From Candidatus Omnitrophota bacterium (GTDB taxonomy: Bacteria; Omnitrophota; Gorgyraeia; Gygaellales; JAHJCI01): a DNA stretch of 64,000 nt. The notes below the pieces were generated by a model that was not told the DNA's origin, searched no databases, and saw nothing but the letters and a program-made list of their open reading frames with translations. The stretch's first letter is position 1; the number at the start of each line of letters is the position of its first letter. Location of the stretch: positions 828 to 64,827 of the forward strand of contig JBHPGP010000001.1 in assembly GCA_042570305.1 (NCBI GenBank), given 5' to 3'. This document shows positions 51,173 through 64,000 of the stretch, piece after piece. The position numbers and the translations under genes were made by a program.

Positions 51173-52264
51173 ATGAAATTTATTGTTAACAAAGAGAATT
51201 TAACAAAGGGAATTCAGTCAGTACAAAATATAATCAGCCAAAGAGCTAATTTACCGATATTATCCTATCTTTTACTTGAAACAAACAAAGATAATATACG
51301 CCTTACTACTACTGATTTGGATATCGGAATAATTAGAGAAATACCAGCGCAAATTGAAGAACCCGGGAGTATTGTTCTACCGGCAAAGAAGTTTGGGGAT
51401 ATTATAAAAGAGTTTCCAGAAGAAACAATTAATATCAATACCAAAAAAAACAACCTTACCTTTATTGAAACCAAACAATGCCAATTTAAACTTATGGGTC
51501 TACCATGCGAGGAGTTTCCTAAATTACCCAAATTTACCAATCAGGAAGTCATTAAAATCAATCAAGGAGACTTTAAGCAGATATTATCCCTGGTGTCTTT
51601 TGCGGTTTCCTATGACGAAACCCGGTATATTCTCAACGGACTCCTCTGCCAGATAAAAAAAGATAATATTGGCCTGGTTGCTACTGACGGCAAAAGACTC
51701 GCCCTGTATCAAAAGAAGCTTACCCAGGGGGTCAACCAACCAGTTCAGATTACCATCCCCATAAAAACCATTCAGGAGTTAAATCGTAATTTAAGCGAAG
51801 AAGGCGAGATGTTTCTGGGCATAGGCGGCAACCAGATCCTGTTTGATTTAGGGAAAACCCAGATTATTTCGAGGCTGATTGAAGGCGAATTTCCCGACTA
51901 TAAACAAGTGATTCCTCCTGCCTCGTCCAGTAAAATCAAGGTTGAACGGGAACAATGCCTATTAGCCGTCAAAAGGGCAGCATTGTTGTCCACCCCGGAT
52001 TATCAGGCAATCAAGCTGGAGGTTTTTAAGAACAGATTGGTTATCTCGAAATCCACTCCGAATATGGGGGAATCACGCGAAGAACTTCCCTGTGAGTATA
52101 ACGGCAAAGATATGATTATAGGCTTTAACCCCAATTACCTCATGGATGTTTTAAAAAACTTAGATGACCAAACAGTAGAATTGGAGGTCACTGATAGCGA
52201 GAAGCCCGGAGTAATCCGCAGCAACGGGTATATTTATATTGTTCTTCCCATGAGGCTGACATAA
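51173..52264 (+). CDS. dnaN: DNA polymerase III beta sliding clamp
   Basis: 363 aa. MKFIVNKENLTKGIQSVQNIIS...LPILSYLLLE...ATDGKRLA... GGAGG lies upstream. Confidence 0.93.
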   Translation: MKFIVNKENLTKGIQSVQNIISQRANLPILSYLLLETNKDNIRLTTTDLDIGIIREIPAQIEEPGSIVLPAKKFGDIIKEFPEETININTKKNNLTFIETKQCQFKLMGLPCEEFPKLPKFTNQEVIKINQGDFKQILSLVSFAVSYDETRYILNGLLCQIKKDNIGLVATDGKRLALYQKKLTQGVNQPVQITIPIKTIQELNRNLSEEGEMFLGIGGNQILFDLGKTQIISRLIEGEFPDYKQVIPPASSSKIKVEREQCLLAVKRAALLSTPDYQAIKLEVFKNRLVISKSTPNMGESREELPCEYNGKDMIIGFNPNYLMDVLKNLDDQTVELEVTDSEKPGVIRSNGYIYIVLPMRLT

Positions 52265-52269
52265 ACGGC

Positions 52270-55027
<2,758 letters not shown>

Positions 55028-55029
55028 CC

Positions 55030-57474
55030 ATGTATACCAAAGACGAAAAGATAATCCCCCGTGATATAGAGCAGGAAGTCAAGGACTCCTTTCTAAACTA
55101 TGCGATGAGCGTAATTGTCAGCCGCGCCCTTCCGGATGTCAAGGATGGCCTAAAGCCGGTGCACCGCAGGATTCTCTACGCCATGTATGAAGACGGGCTA
55201 GTGCATAATAAGCCGTTCCGCAAGAGCGCTACAGTGGTAGGTAATGTCATCGGCCGTTATCACCCGCATGGCGACCTGGCTGTCTATGACGCACTGGTGC
55301 GCCTGGCCCAGGATTGGAATATGCGTTACCTACTGATTGGCAGCCAGGGTAACTTTGGCTCCATCGACGGAGACCCCGCAGCAGCTTATCGCTATACCGA
55401 AGCCCGTCTGAATACCCTTGCCGAGGAGATGCTCGCCGATATTGAAAAAGATACAGTTAAATTTATGCCCAATTTTGATAATTCCCGCTCCGAGCCAGAG
55501 GTATTGCCGGGCCGGGTTCCCAATCTCCTGGTTAACGGTTGTTCGGGTATTGCCGTTGGCATGGCCACTAATATGCCTCCCCATAATCTGGGGGAGGTTT
55601 TGGATGCGGTAATTTACCTGATAGATAACCCTACAGCGGAAATAAAAGACCTTATGCGTCATGTCCGCGGACCGGACTTTCCAACCGGGGGACTTCTCTG
55701 CGGCAGAGAAGGCATTAAAGGGGCCTATCAAACCGGAAAAGGCAAGCTGACCATCAGGGCAGTTGCTTCCATCGAACATGTAAAACAGGGCAAGAGCTCC
55801 ATAGTGATTACGGAAATTCCCTATCAGGTCAATAAGGCCAATTTGATTAGTGCGATTGCCTCTCTGGCAGAAGAGAGAAAGATCGAAGGGATTACGGACA
55901 TTCGCGATGAGTCGGATAAGGAAGGCATACGCATCGTCGTGGAGCTAAAGCGCGATGTTGAGCCTCAGATAGTCCTGAACCAGCTGTTTAAACATACACA
56001 GCTGGAGATTACCTTTGGCATCATTAATTTGGCGCTGGTAAACGGGCGCCCGGAGGTGTTAAATTTAAAACAGCTCCTTTTGCTGTTTCTTAACCACCGC
56101 AAGGATATTGTTCGCCGAAGAACGCAGTTTGATCTGGCTAAGGCCGAGAGGCGCGCACACATTCTGGAAGGCCTGAAGATCGCCCTAAAACATATTGACC
56201 GGATTATCAAAACCATCAAATCGTCCAAGAATACTTCGGAGGCAAAGCAGAGATTAATTAAGGAATTCGGCTTAACTGATGTGCAGGCGCAGGCAATCCT
56301 GGAAATGCAGCTGCAAAGGCTGACGGCTCTGGAGCGCGGAAAAATCGAATCAGAATATCTGCAGCTGATTAAGCAGATAGAGCTGTATAAGTCCATTCTT
56401 GCCTCCGAGCAAAAGATAGAGGAGATTATTAAAGAAGAATGCCGTGAGCTCAAGAAAAAATTTGCAGATGAGAGACGCACGCAGATTGTGGCTGAGACAG
56501 AAGACATCGAGCTGGAAGACTTGATTGCCGAAGAGGACATGGTGATTACCATATCCCATCTGGGATATATTAAGCGGCTGTCGGTCAGCAGTTATCGTAA
56601 GCAGAGAAGGGGCGGCCGGGGCGTTACCGCAATGGAAACCAGGGATGAGGATTTTGTCAAGCACCTCTTTGTTGCCTCCAGCAAAGACTATCTCCTGGTT
56701 TTTAGCAATACCGGCAAAGCCTATTGGCTTAAGGTTTATGAGATCCCAGAGGCCTCTCGTACAGCTAAGGGTAAGGCAGTCGTTAATCTTCTGGCTTTCA
56801 GTGCAGGCGAAAGAATAAGTTCGGTAGTGGCTGTCAAGGAATTCAGCGAGGATAAGTATCTATTTATGTGCACCCGGCAGGGCTTGGTCAAAAAGACCAA
56901 GTTATCTGCTTTTGCCAATCCCCGTAAGGGCGGCATCATCGGCATAGGCCTGGCTAAAGACGATTACCTGGTCCAGATCGGGCTGACCGACGGCAACCAC
57001 CGGATTATGCTGGCTACGCGAAAAGGCAAGTCAATACTGTTTAAGGAAAAGGAAATCCGGGATATGGGCAGGTCCGCACGCGGCGTGCGGGGCATCAGAT
57101 TACAAAAAAAGGATGAAATTGTCGGCATGGAGGTCATTCCCGCGGAAGCGGAAAAGATGAAGATGGCTCTGCTTACGGTTACAACCGGCGGTTTTGCCAA
57201 GCGCACTGCCTTTGAGGAATACAGGCTTCAGTCGCGCGGCGGAGCAGGCACTATTAATATCAAGACTACCTCGCGCAACGGGGACGTTGCCGGGGTCGAC
57301 TCGGTTAATAATGATGATGAAATTATGTCTGTGACTCAAAAGGGGATGATTGTTCGCTGCCCGGTGAAGGATATACGCCAGACCGGCAGGAATACGCAGG
57401 GCGTGCGCCTGATCAGCCTGGAGAAGAGCGATACGGTTGCCTGCGTTGCCAAGGTAGTGTCCAAAGAAGACTGA
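55030..57474 (+). CDS. gyrA: DNA gyrase subunit A
   Basis: [34 protein letters not shown] and C-terminal beta-pinwheel repeats. Confidence 0.95.
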   Translation: MYTKDEKIIPRDIEQEVKDSFLNYAMSVIVSRALPDVKDGLKPVHRRILYAMYEDGLVHNKPFRKSATVVGNVIGRYHPHGDLAVYDALVRLAQDWNMRYLLIGSQGNFGSIDGDPAAAYRYTEARLNTLAEEMLADIEKDTVKFMPNFDNSRSEPEVLPGRVPNLLVNGCSGIAVGMATNMPPHNLGEVLDAVIYLIDNPTAEIKDLMRHVRGPDFPTGGLLCGREGIKGAYQTGKGKLTIRAVASIEHVKQGKSSIVITEIPYQVNKANLISAIASLAEERKIEGITDIRDESDKEGIRIVVELKRDVEPQIVLNQLFKHTQLEITFGIINLALVNGRPEVLNLKQLLLLFLNHRKDIVRRRTQFDLAKAERRAHILEGLKIALKHIDRIIKTIKSSKNTSEAKQRLIKEFGLTDVQAQAILEMQLQRLTALERGKIESEYLQLIKQIELYKSILASEQKIEEIIKEECRELKKKFADERRTQIVAETEDIELEDLIAEEDMVITISHLGYIKRLSVSSYRKQRRGGRGVTAMETRDEDFVKHLFVASSKDYLLVFSNTGKAYWLKVYEIPEASRTAKGKAVVNLLAFSAGERISSVVAVKEFSEDKYLFMCTRQGLVKKTKLSAFANPRKGGIIGIGLAKDDYLVQIGLTDGNHRIMLATRKGKSILFKEKEIRDMGRSARGVRGIRLQKKDEIVGMEVIPAEAEKMKMALLTVTTGGFAKRTAFEEYRLQSRGGAGTINIKTTSRNGDVAGVDSVNNDDEIMSVTQKGMIVRCPVKDIRQTGRNTQGVRLISLEKSDTVACVAKVVSKED

Positions 57475-57481
57475 TGCCTTC

Positions 57482-57555
57482 GACCCCATCGTCTAGCCTG
57501 GTTAGGACAAGAGCTTTTCAAGCTCTCGACACCGGTTCAAATCCGGTTGGGGTCG
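57482..57555 (+). tRNA. tRNA-Glu (TTC), CCA not encoded
   Basis: GACCCCATCGTCTAGCCTGGTTAGGACAAGAGCTTTTCAAGCTCTCGACACCGGTTCAAATCCGGTTGGGGTCG. The anticodon loop is TTTTCAA. Confidence 0.88.
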
Positions 57556-57569
57556 CTTACATTTATTAA

Positions 57570-59402
57570 ATGTGCGGAATAATCGGATATATCGGAGATA
57601 AGCAAGCACAGCCGCTGCTTCTGGCCGGCTTAAAGCGCCTGGAGTACCGCGGCTATGATTCGGCCGGCATGTGCGTCTTCACGGAGAAGAAGAGTGCGCT
57701 GTCATTGAGAAAGCTCCCCGGCAAGGTAAAGGCACTGGAGGGGCTACTGAAAAAGAAGCCACTATATGGCTGCCTGGGGGTTTCTCACACGCGCTGGAGT
57801 ACCCACGGCATTCCTAATCAGGTTAATGCCCATCCGCACCTGGACTGTGAGGGGGAGGTCGTGGTTGTGCATAACGGCATTATCGAGAATTACGCCGAAT
57901 TAAAACAAAGATTGGCCAAGGACGGACACAGGTTTAAAAGCCAGACCGATACCGAAGTCATTCCGCACCTGATTGAAAAGTTTTATAAGGATATACCTCT
58001 TGAAGAGGCAGTAAGAAAGGCAGTGGGCTTGCTTTGCGGCTCATTTGCTATCGGCGTAATTTCCAAGAGAGAACCCGACAAGCTGGTAGGCGCCCGTTGC
58101 GGAAGCCCTTTGATTATCGGGCGGGGTAAGGGCGAGAACTTTTTAGCTTCGGATATCCCCGCGGTCTTGGACTACACACAGGAGATAATCTTTCTGGAAG
58201 AAAATGAAATTGCAGTGCTTACAAAGGACGCGATAAAAGTAAGCGATTTTTCCGGACAGAGAATCCAGCGCAGTCCGACAAGCGTTACCTGGGATGCAAG
58301 CCAGGCGCAGAAAGCCGGATTTGCGCACTTTATGCTTAAGGAGATTAACGAGCAGCCGGATATTTTAGAGAGTATTCTTAAATACCGCATCAGGGATTCT
58401 CAAGTTGTTTTTGAGGAATTGTCGATATCCCGCGAGAGGCTGTCCAGAATAAAAGACATAGTAATTATTGCTTGCGGGACCGCCTATCATGCCGGGTTAG
58501 TAGGCAAGTATGTATTGGAAGAATTGGTAGGTCTGCCGGTCAGCGTGGACCTATCCAGCGAATTCCGTTACCGCCGGGTTTTTCTGGATAAGCAGACGCT
58601 GGTTCTTGCTATCAGTCAGTCTGGCGAAACTGCCGATACGCTGGCTGCACTGCGCCGCGCCAAGGAGATGGGGGTATTAACGCTGGGCATTTGTAATGTC
58701 CTGGGCTCGAGCCTAACGCGTGAATGCGCAGGCGTAATCTATACTCACGCAGGGCCTGAAATCAGCGTTGCCTCAACCAAGGCTTATACCGCGCAGCTGG
58801 CGATTCTCTATCTATTTGCCATTTATCTGGCGGGGATACAGTCTAAGATTGCCTCTCAGTCCGGGCAGGGATGTTTAGCTGAGTTCAGGCAGATACCGCG
58901 TCTACAGCGCCGGGTGTTAGCTAATCAGGCCTTGATTCGCCGGTTAGCCCAGAGGCACTCGCATTTCGGCTCATTCCTGTTTCTGGGCAGAAATATCAAT
59001 TATCCTTCGGCGCTGGAAGGGGCGCTGAAACTAAAGGAAATTTCTTATATACCGGCCGAGGGATATGCTGCCGGAGAAATGAAACACGGACCGATTGCGC
59101 TGATTGATGAATATCGGGCAGTTGTTTGTATCTGCCCTCAATCCAGAATTTACGAGAAGATGCTTTCTAATATCCAGGAGATTCGTGCCCGCCGCGGCAG
59201 ACTGATTATTCTCGCTACCGAGGGGGATAAAGAAATAAGACAGCTCTCCAAAGAGGTTATCTATGTTCCCAGGCTAGACGAATTTTTCTCTCCTCTCCTG
59301 GTGATTCTGCCCTTGCAATTAGCCGCTTATTTTATCGCAGTGAAGCGCGGCTGCGATGTAGACCAGCCGCGCAATCTGGCAAAGTCAGTCACTGTGGAAT
59401 AA
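57570..59402 (+). CDS. glmS: Glutamine-fructose-6-phosphate aminotransferase
   Basis: MCGIIGYIG N-terminal nucleophile, two SIS domains, and a C-terminal ...NLAKSVTVE. Confidence 0.95.
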   Translation: MCGIIGYIGDKQAQPLLLAGLKRLEYRGYDSAGMCVFTEKKSALSLRKLPGKVKALEGLLKKKPLYGCLGVSHTRWSTHGIPNQVNAHPHLDCEGEVVVVHNGIIENYAELKQRLAKDGHRFKSQTDTEVIPHLIEKFYKDIPLEEAVRKAVGLLCGSFAIGVISKREPDKLVGARCGSPLIIGRGKGENFLASDIPAVLDYTQEIIFLEENEIAVLTKDAIKVSDFSGQRIQRSPTSVTWDASQAQKAGFAHFMLKEINEQPDILESILKYRIRDSQVVFEELSISRERLSRIKDIVIIACGTAYHAGLVGKYVLEELVGLPVSVDLSSEFRYRRVFLDKQTLVLAISQSGETADTLAALRRAKEMGVLTLGICNVLGSSLTRECAGVIYTHAGPEISVASTKAYTAQLAILYLFAIYLAGIQSKIASQSGQGCLAEFRQIPRLQRRVLANQALIRRLAQRHSHFGSFLFLGRNINYPSALEGALKLKEISYIPAEGYAAGEMKHGPIALIDEYRAVVCICPQSRIYEKMLSNIQEIRARRGRLIILATEGDKEIRQLSKEVIYVPRLDEFFSPLLVILPLQLAAYFIAVKRGCDVDQPRNLAKSVTVE

Positions 59403-59412
59403 TACATATTAC

Positions 59413-60066
59413 ATGCTTTATATTGTTGCAACCCCGATCGGCAACCTCAAGGATATCAGCCTGCGCGCAGTCGAGGCCCTAAAAAGCGTCGATTTAATTG
59501 CCTGCGAGGATACACGCCACAGCCGGATTCTGCTTAAGTCCTATAATATTAATGTCCCCACTACAAGTTATTACCAGCACAACCGTTTTATCAAGGCGCA
59601 ATACCTGCTTGGCAGGCTCAAGGAAAATGCCGATATCGCGCTGATTTCTGATGCGGGTACACCCGGCATATTAGACCCGGGGTACCATTTGATCAATCTT
59701 GCCATCAAGAATAATATCCCTATTACAGCAATACCGGGGTCTTGCGCCCTGATTATTGCCCTGGTCCTATCCGGCAAACCAGCTCACAAATTCATCTTTG
59801 AAGGATTCCTGCCCAATAAATCCGCTGCCAGGCGCCGCCGCCTGGAGGAATTAAAGGGCTTAAACTACACCCTGGTGTTTTATGAATCCTGCCACCGCAT
59901 TGTTGCGTGTCTTTCGGATATCCAGGACATATTCGGCGATAGACCCATAGCAGTGAGCCGCGAACTTACCAAGAAATTTGAGGAAACCGTACGCTCAAAG
60001 GCAAGCAATATACGCGAGCAATTCATGAAGAGAAGACCGCGCGGGGAGTTCGTAGTCGTGATTTAG
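59413..60066 (+). CDS. rsmI: 16S rRNA (cytidine1402-2'-O)-methyltransferase
   Basis: MLYIVATPIGNLKDISLRAVEALKSVDLIACEDTRHS...SDAGTPGILDPG. Confidence 0.88.
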   Translation: MLYIVATPIGNLKDISLRAVEALKSVDLIACEDTRHSRILLKSYNINVPTTSYYQHNRFIKAQYLLGRLKENADIALISDAGTPGILDPGYHLINLAIKNNIPITAIPGSCALIIALVLSGKPAHKFIFEGFLPNKSAARRRRLEELKGLNYTLVFYESCHRIVACLSDIQDIFGDRPIAVSRELTKKFEETVRSKASNIREQFMKRRPRGEFVVVI

Positions 60067-60078
60067 GCCCACCCCTTG

Positions 60079-60849
60079 CTAAAAACTGAAACAGAAGCGG
60101 CTGGAGATTTGCAGGTCATCGGCACCGTCAGAAATGCCGGATGCCAACCCCAGCTTGACAAACAGGCGCTGGTTGATTTCATAGCCCAGGCTCAGGGCTC
60201 CTATACAGACATTGTCATTGAAGTTGCGTTCAAACTCTATCTCGCCGTAAAGTTCAGCGTACAGATAGAATGCTTCTTTAAATCCGCCGGTTATACCAGC
60301 GCTATAGATGAATACGTCATCTGCATCTTTGCCGCCGGAAAAGTAATACCCCAGGTTCAAATCAAGCCAGAGGTTTTCTTTGAGGGTCTTGCTGAAAATG
60401 CTGTTTAGCCAGAGATCTTCATCGCCGCTACCTAAGGATTTGGCTTCATTTGCAGAGCTCGTAAAGAACTCAAGGAAAATGGCAAGGGAAGGCAGAAGAT
60501 TAGTTTCTTCCGACAGGCGGATTTTAGTTTCTATGTCTAAATCCATAAAGCCGTTATGCTTTGTTGCCCGGTCGTAGTTGATAAAACCGTAGGGCATGGT
60601 CATGCCGATATCCCAGTTATCCGCCAGGCCATACAAGAGGTATAAGTACAGAATGGTTTCCCGGCTCCTGGTTTTGTAATCCTCATCGTAGTCGTATTGC
60701 GTATCCTTATAATAGTCAACGCCGTATTCCAGCTCAAAATGACCTTTGTCCGTAGTCCAAGTGTCATCTGTAAAAAGCGCGGCCTCTGCATAAGCAGCCG
60801 GGCCTGCAGATATTAAGAGGATTGCTATAATAATCAGGCTCAAACGCAT
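60079..60849 (-). CDS. Outer-membrane beta-barrel protein (MetA-pathway/transporter-like)
   Basis: Signal peptide MRLSLIIIAILLISAGPAAYA, alternating amphipathic strands rich in Y/D/G, and a C-terminal ...RFCFSF aromatic terminus. Confidence 0.55.
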   Translation of the reverse strand: MRLSLIIIAILLISAGPAAYAEAALFTDDTWTTDKGHFELEYGVDYYKDTQYDYDEDYKTRSRETILYLYLLYGLADNWDIGMTMPYGFINYDRATKHNGFMDLDIETKIRLSEETNLLPSLAIFLEFFTSSANEAKSLGSGDEDLWLNSIFSKTLKENLWLDLNLGYYFSGGKDADDVFIYSAGITGGFKEAFYLYAELYGEIEFERNFNDNVCIGALSLGYEINQRLFVKLGLASGISDGADDLQISSRFCFSF

Positions 60850-60882
60850 GGTATACGGCTATATTACGGACAGGTGGCTTAT

Positions 60883-60939
60883 TTGTCAAGACAATATAAG
60901 GCAATTGTCCTTGACAAGGGGTAGTTTATGTGCTATTTT
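60883..60939 (+). promoter_or_regulatory. pyr operon promoter with an overlapping inverted repeat
   Basis: TTGACA (60911-60916), a 17-nt spacer, then TATTTT (60934-60939). The imperfect inverted repeat TTGTCAAGACAAT (60883-60895) / ATTGTCCTTGACAA (60904-60917) covers the -35. Confidence 0.55.
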
Positions 60940-60998
60940 TAATTACTTTAACTTGAGTCCTTTAAGCCTGACCCGGCGAGGTCGGCAAGGAGTAATCA

Positions 60999-61603
<605 letters not shown>

Positions 61604-61608
61604 GCAGC

Positions 61609-62565
61609 ATGCTCTGGACAAAAAAGGATTTACTGGGCCTGGAGGATTTAACCAAAGAGGAGATAGAGCTGATTATCGCCACTGCCGAGTCTTTTAAGGA
61701 TGTTTCGCGCAGGGCGATTAAGAAGGTCCCTGCGCTGCGCGGCAAAACAGCAGTGAATCTGTTTTATGAACCCTCCACCCGCACGCGAGTTTCTTTTGAG
61801 ATCGCTGCCAAGAGATTGTCCGCGGATGTAATCAACATTATGACCGAGACCTCAAGCGTGAAAAAGGGGGAAACCCTGATAGATACCGGAACAAACATCC
61901 AGGCCTTGAAAACCGATATTATTATTATCCGGCATAACTGTTCAGGCGCTGCCAGAATGCTGGCGCGCCACGTGGATATGAGCGTAGTTAATGCCGGAGA
62001 CGGATGGCATGAGCACCCCACACAGGCCTTGCTGGATATGCTCACACTAAAGGAGAGGCTGGGCAGGATTGAAGGACTTAACATAACAATCGTAGGCGAC
62101 ATTGCTCATTCTCGGGTTGCGCGCTCCAACATCTGGGGCCTGACTAAGCTGGGGGCGCAGGTGACAGTTTGCGCTCCCAAGATGCTTATACCAGTAGCCA
62201 TAGAGCAAATGGGCGTGCGGGTAGCCTCTGATATAGACCAGGCCCTGAAAGATGCCGATGCAGTCAATGTTTTAAGGATGCAATTTGAGCGCGATGAAAA
62301 AAATGCCTTTCCCAGCCAGATAGAATACTTTAGGCAATTCGGCATAACCAGCGAGAGGATAAAAAAGGCAAAGAAAGATATTATTGTGATGCACCCAGGA
62401 CCGCTTAACCGGGGAGTGGAAATATCCAGCGCGGTGGCAGACGGGGTTAATTCAGTGATACTGGAGCAGGTTACCAACGGCATAGCCGTAAGAATGGCAG
62501 TGCTTTTTCTGGTTTCCCAGGCAAGAGATGCCGCAGAGGCAGGCGAGGAAGATCAAAAACAATGA
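61609..62565 (+). CDS. pyrB: Aspartate carbamoyltransferase catalytic subunit
   Basis: FYEPSTRTRVSFE, HPTQALLD and HPGPLNRG motifs. Confidence 0.95.
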   Translation: MLWTKKDLLGLEDLTKEEIELIIATAESFKDVSRRAIKKVPALRGKTAVNLFYEPSTRTRVSFEIAAKRLSADVINIMTETSSVKKGETLIDTGTNIQALKTDIIIIRHNCSGAARMLARHVDMSVVNAGDGWHEHPTQALLDMLTLKERLGRIEGLNITIVGDIAHSRVARSNIWGLTKLGAQVTVCAPKMLIPVAIEQMGVRVASDIDQALKDADAVNVLRMQFERDEKNAFPSQIEYFRQFGITSERIKKAKKDIIVMHPGPLNRGVEISSAVADGVNSVILEQVTNGIAVRMAVLFLVSQARDAAEAGEEDQKQ

Positions 62566-63851
62566 AGCTATTGATTAAGGGCGGACGCGTAATTAACCCA
62601 GCCAACAATGCCGACGACATATTGGATATTCTCATTGAGCAATCTAAGATTGTCCAAGTCGCCAAAGGCATCCCATCAGAGGCAGGGCGGATAATCGATG
62701 CTACCGGAAAGCTGGTTATGCCTGGCCTGGTAGATATGCATGTGCATTTCAGAGAGCCCGGCAGAGAGGATAAGGAAACTGTTTTAACCGGCACCTGCGC
62801 GGCTCTCAGGGGCGGCATTACCTCATGTTTGGCAATGCCCAATACGCTGCCCGCCGTTGATTGTGTTGAGGCCGTCGGTTCGCTAAAGGAGATTATTAAA
62901 AAAACCGCAAAGGCCAATGTATTTATCTGCGCAGCTATTAGCAAGGGGCGTCAGGGCCAGGAGATGACTGATATGGCCGCTCTCAAAAAGGCTGGAGCCC
63001 TGGCGGTTACTGATGACGGCTGTTCCGTGGACTGCGATTCACTATTACTTAAGGCCTTGCAGGCTGCCGGGAAAAACCGGGTTTTGGTAATCTGTCATAG
63101 TGAGGATAAATCTCTCTCGGCAGGCGGCGTGGTTAACCTGGGAATCGTCTCAACCCGTATGGGGCTACGAGGGATTTCCAAGGAATCAGAGTATAAAAGG
63201 GTTATGCGGGATATCCAGTTGGCAAAACAGGCCGGCGTATCCATACACATCGCCCATGTCAGTTGCCGCGAATCCGTAGAGATTATTGCCAATGCCAAGA
63301 AGGAGGGAGTGGCGGTAAGCGCAGAAACCGCCCCGCATTATTTTTCTCTGACTGATGCACAGGCTCTGGGTTATGATACCAACATGAAGGTTAATCCACC
63401 GCTGCGCAGCCAAGATGACGTAGAGGCGATAAGGCAGGGTTTGGCAAGCGGGGCAATCGATGCGATTGCCTCAGACCACGCACCACATACCGAGAATGAA
63501 AAGGATATAGAATTTGAACACGCTGCATTCGGCAGCATAGGCCTGGAAACGGAATTAGCAGTGAGCATAACGGAATTAGTCAAGACCGGGGTTTTGGATT
63601 GGATAAGCCTGGCTAGAAAGTTGTCGCTTAATCCAGCCAGCATTCTAGGATTGGGCAAAGGGGATTTGTCTATCGGAAAGGACGCCGATATAATCATTAT
63701 CGACCCAGAGCGGGCATGGACAGTGACCAGAGAGGGTTTTTTATCTAAGTCCAGGAATTGTGCTTTTCTAGGAAAAGGCTTAAGGGGCTTAGTTGAATAC
63801 ACCATTTGTAACGGCAGGGTTGCGTATGCCGAGAGTAGTAAATCTTTCTAA
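62562..63851 (+). CDS. pyrC: Dihydroorotase
   Basis: PGLVDMHVHFREPG, ...HIAHVS... and ASDHAPH motifs. Confidence 0.92.
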   Translation: MKLLIKGGRVINPANNADDILDILIEQSKIVQVAKGIPSEAGRIIDATGKLVMPGLVDMHVHFREPGREDKETVLTGTCAALRGGITSCLAMPNTLPAVDCVEAVGSLKEIIKKTAKANVFICAAISKGRQGQEMTDMAALKKAGALAVTDDGCSVDCDSLLLKALQAAGKNRVLVICHSEDKSLSAGGVVNLGIVSTRMGLRGISKESEYKRVMRDIQLAKQAGVSIHIAHVSCRESVEIIANAKKEGVAVSAETAPHYFSLTDAQALGYDTNMKVNPPLRSQDDVEAIRQGLASGAIDAIASDHAPHTENEKDIEFEHAAFGSIGLETELAVSITELVKTGVLDWISLARKLSLNPASILGLGKGDLSIGKDADIIIIDPERAWTVTREGFLSKSRNCAFLGKGLRGLVEYTICNGRVAYAESSKSF

Positions 63852-63868
63852 GTTTTACTTCGGCAAGC

Positions 63869-64000
63869 ATGAAATTTCTTGTAACTCCTGAATTGGGCAG
63901 GCTTGCAAAATGGCTGAGAATTTTAGGTTTTGATGCAGCCTATACCTCCAAGGCCAATTTTTCCTTCTTACTGATTCAGGCGCTGCGAGATAGGCGCGTT
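63869..64000 (+). CDS. Mut7-C/DUF82-like (PIN-related) protein, 5' fragment running off the window
   Basis: Hand translation gives MKFLVTPELGRLAKWLRILGFDAAYTSKANFSFLLIQALRDRRV..., resembling the LGRLARWLRxLGYD N-terminus of DUF82 proteins. Not in the track because it has no stop. Confidence 0.5.
   Translation, partial: MKFLVTPELGRLAKWLRILGFDAAYTSKANFSFLLIQALRDRRV

Noticed and set aside
60940-60998. Canonical PyrR-binding anti-antiterminator box in the pyr leader
   Set aside because: The consensus UCCAGAGAGG is not present. Only a loosely similar hairpin region was seen, so no PyrR box is annotated as a feature.

Overview
Bacterial chromosomal window with two parts. (A) 1-23.2 kb is an accessory region, entirely on the minus strand, holding an atypical Tad/Flp-type pilus supercluster. 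In transcription order it contains a PPIase lipoprotein, CpaB, and a CpaC secretin with a fused TonB-C-like domain. Next come a TadZ(CpaE)-TadA(CpaF) fusion ATPase, a ~1285-aa PIG-L/GH3/PIG-L/GATase-like enzyme, DUF192 and an HTH-like ORF. A strong promoter and structured leader then precede 8 tandem Flp-like pilin genes, two of which are below the ORF-track size cutoff. They are followed by TadE-like proteins, a TadG-like protein with a 22-Cys module, one more Flp-like gene, TadB and TadC. After a 210-nt spacer carrying a c-di-GMP-I (GEMM)-like riboswitch candidate there is a giant ORF of at least 1294 aa. This ORF is absent from the ORF track because it runs off the left edge. It has a C39-like cysteine peptidase domain, a long Gly-rich hydrophobic region and tandem Ca-binding loops. 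No prepilin peptidase is present in the locus. A divergent FIST / histidine kinase / REC-GGDEF(GGDDF) operon flanks it, which suggests c-di-GMP wiring. (B) 27-64 kb is core genome around the replication origin. Genes run on the minus strand up to rpmH (49.2 kb) and on the plus strand from dnaA (49.66 kb). The origin-side genes are dnaA-dnaN-dciA(DUF721)-gyrB-gyrA, preceded by DnaA boxes and sigma70-like promoters. Other content includes yidC/yidD/parAB, the infC-rpmI-rplT-thrS, pheST, trkAH and pckG/purC/queA genes, glmS, rsmI, a pyrR-pyrB-pyrC operon with a leader uORF plus terminator, and 7 tRNA genes. No CRISPR array, rRNA or clear mobile element was seen. All calls rest on reading the sequence and translations by eye. 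No searches were run.
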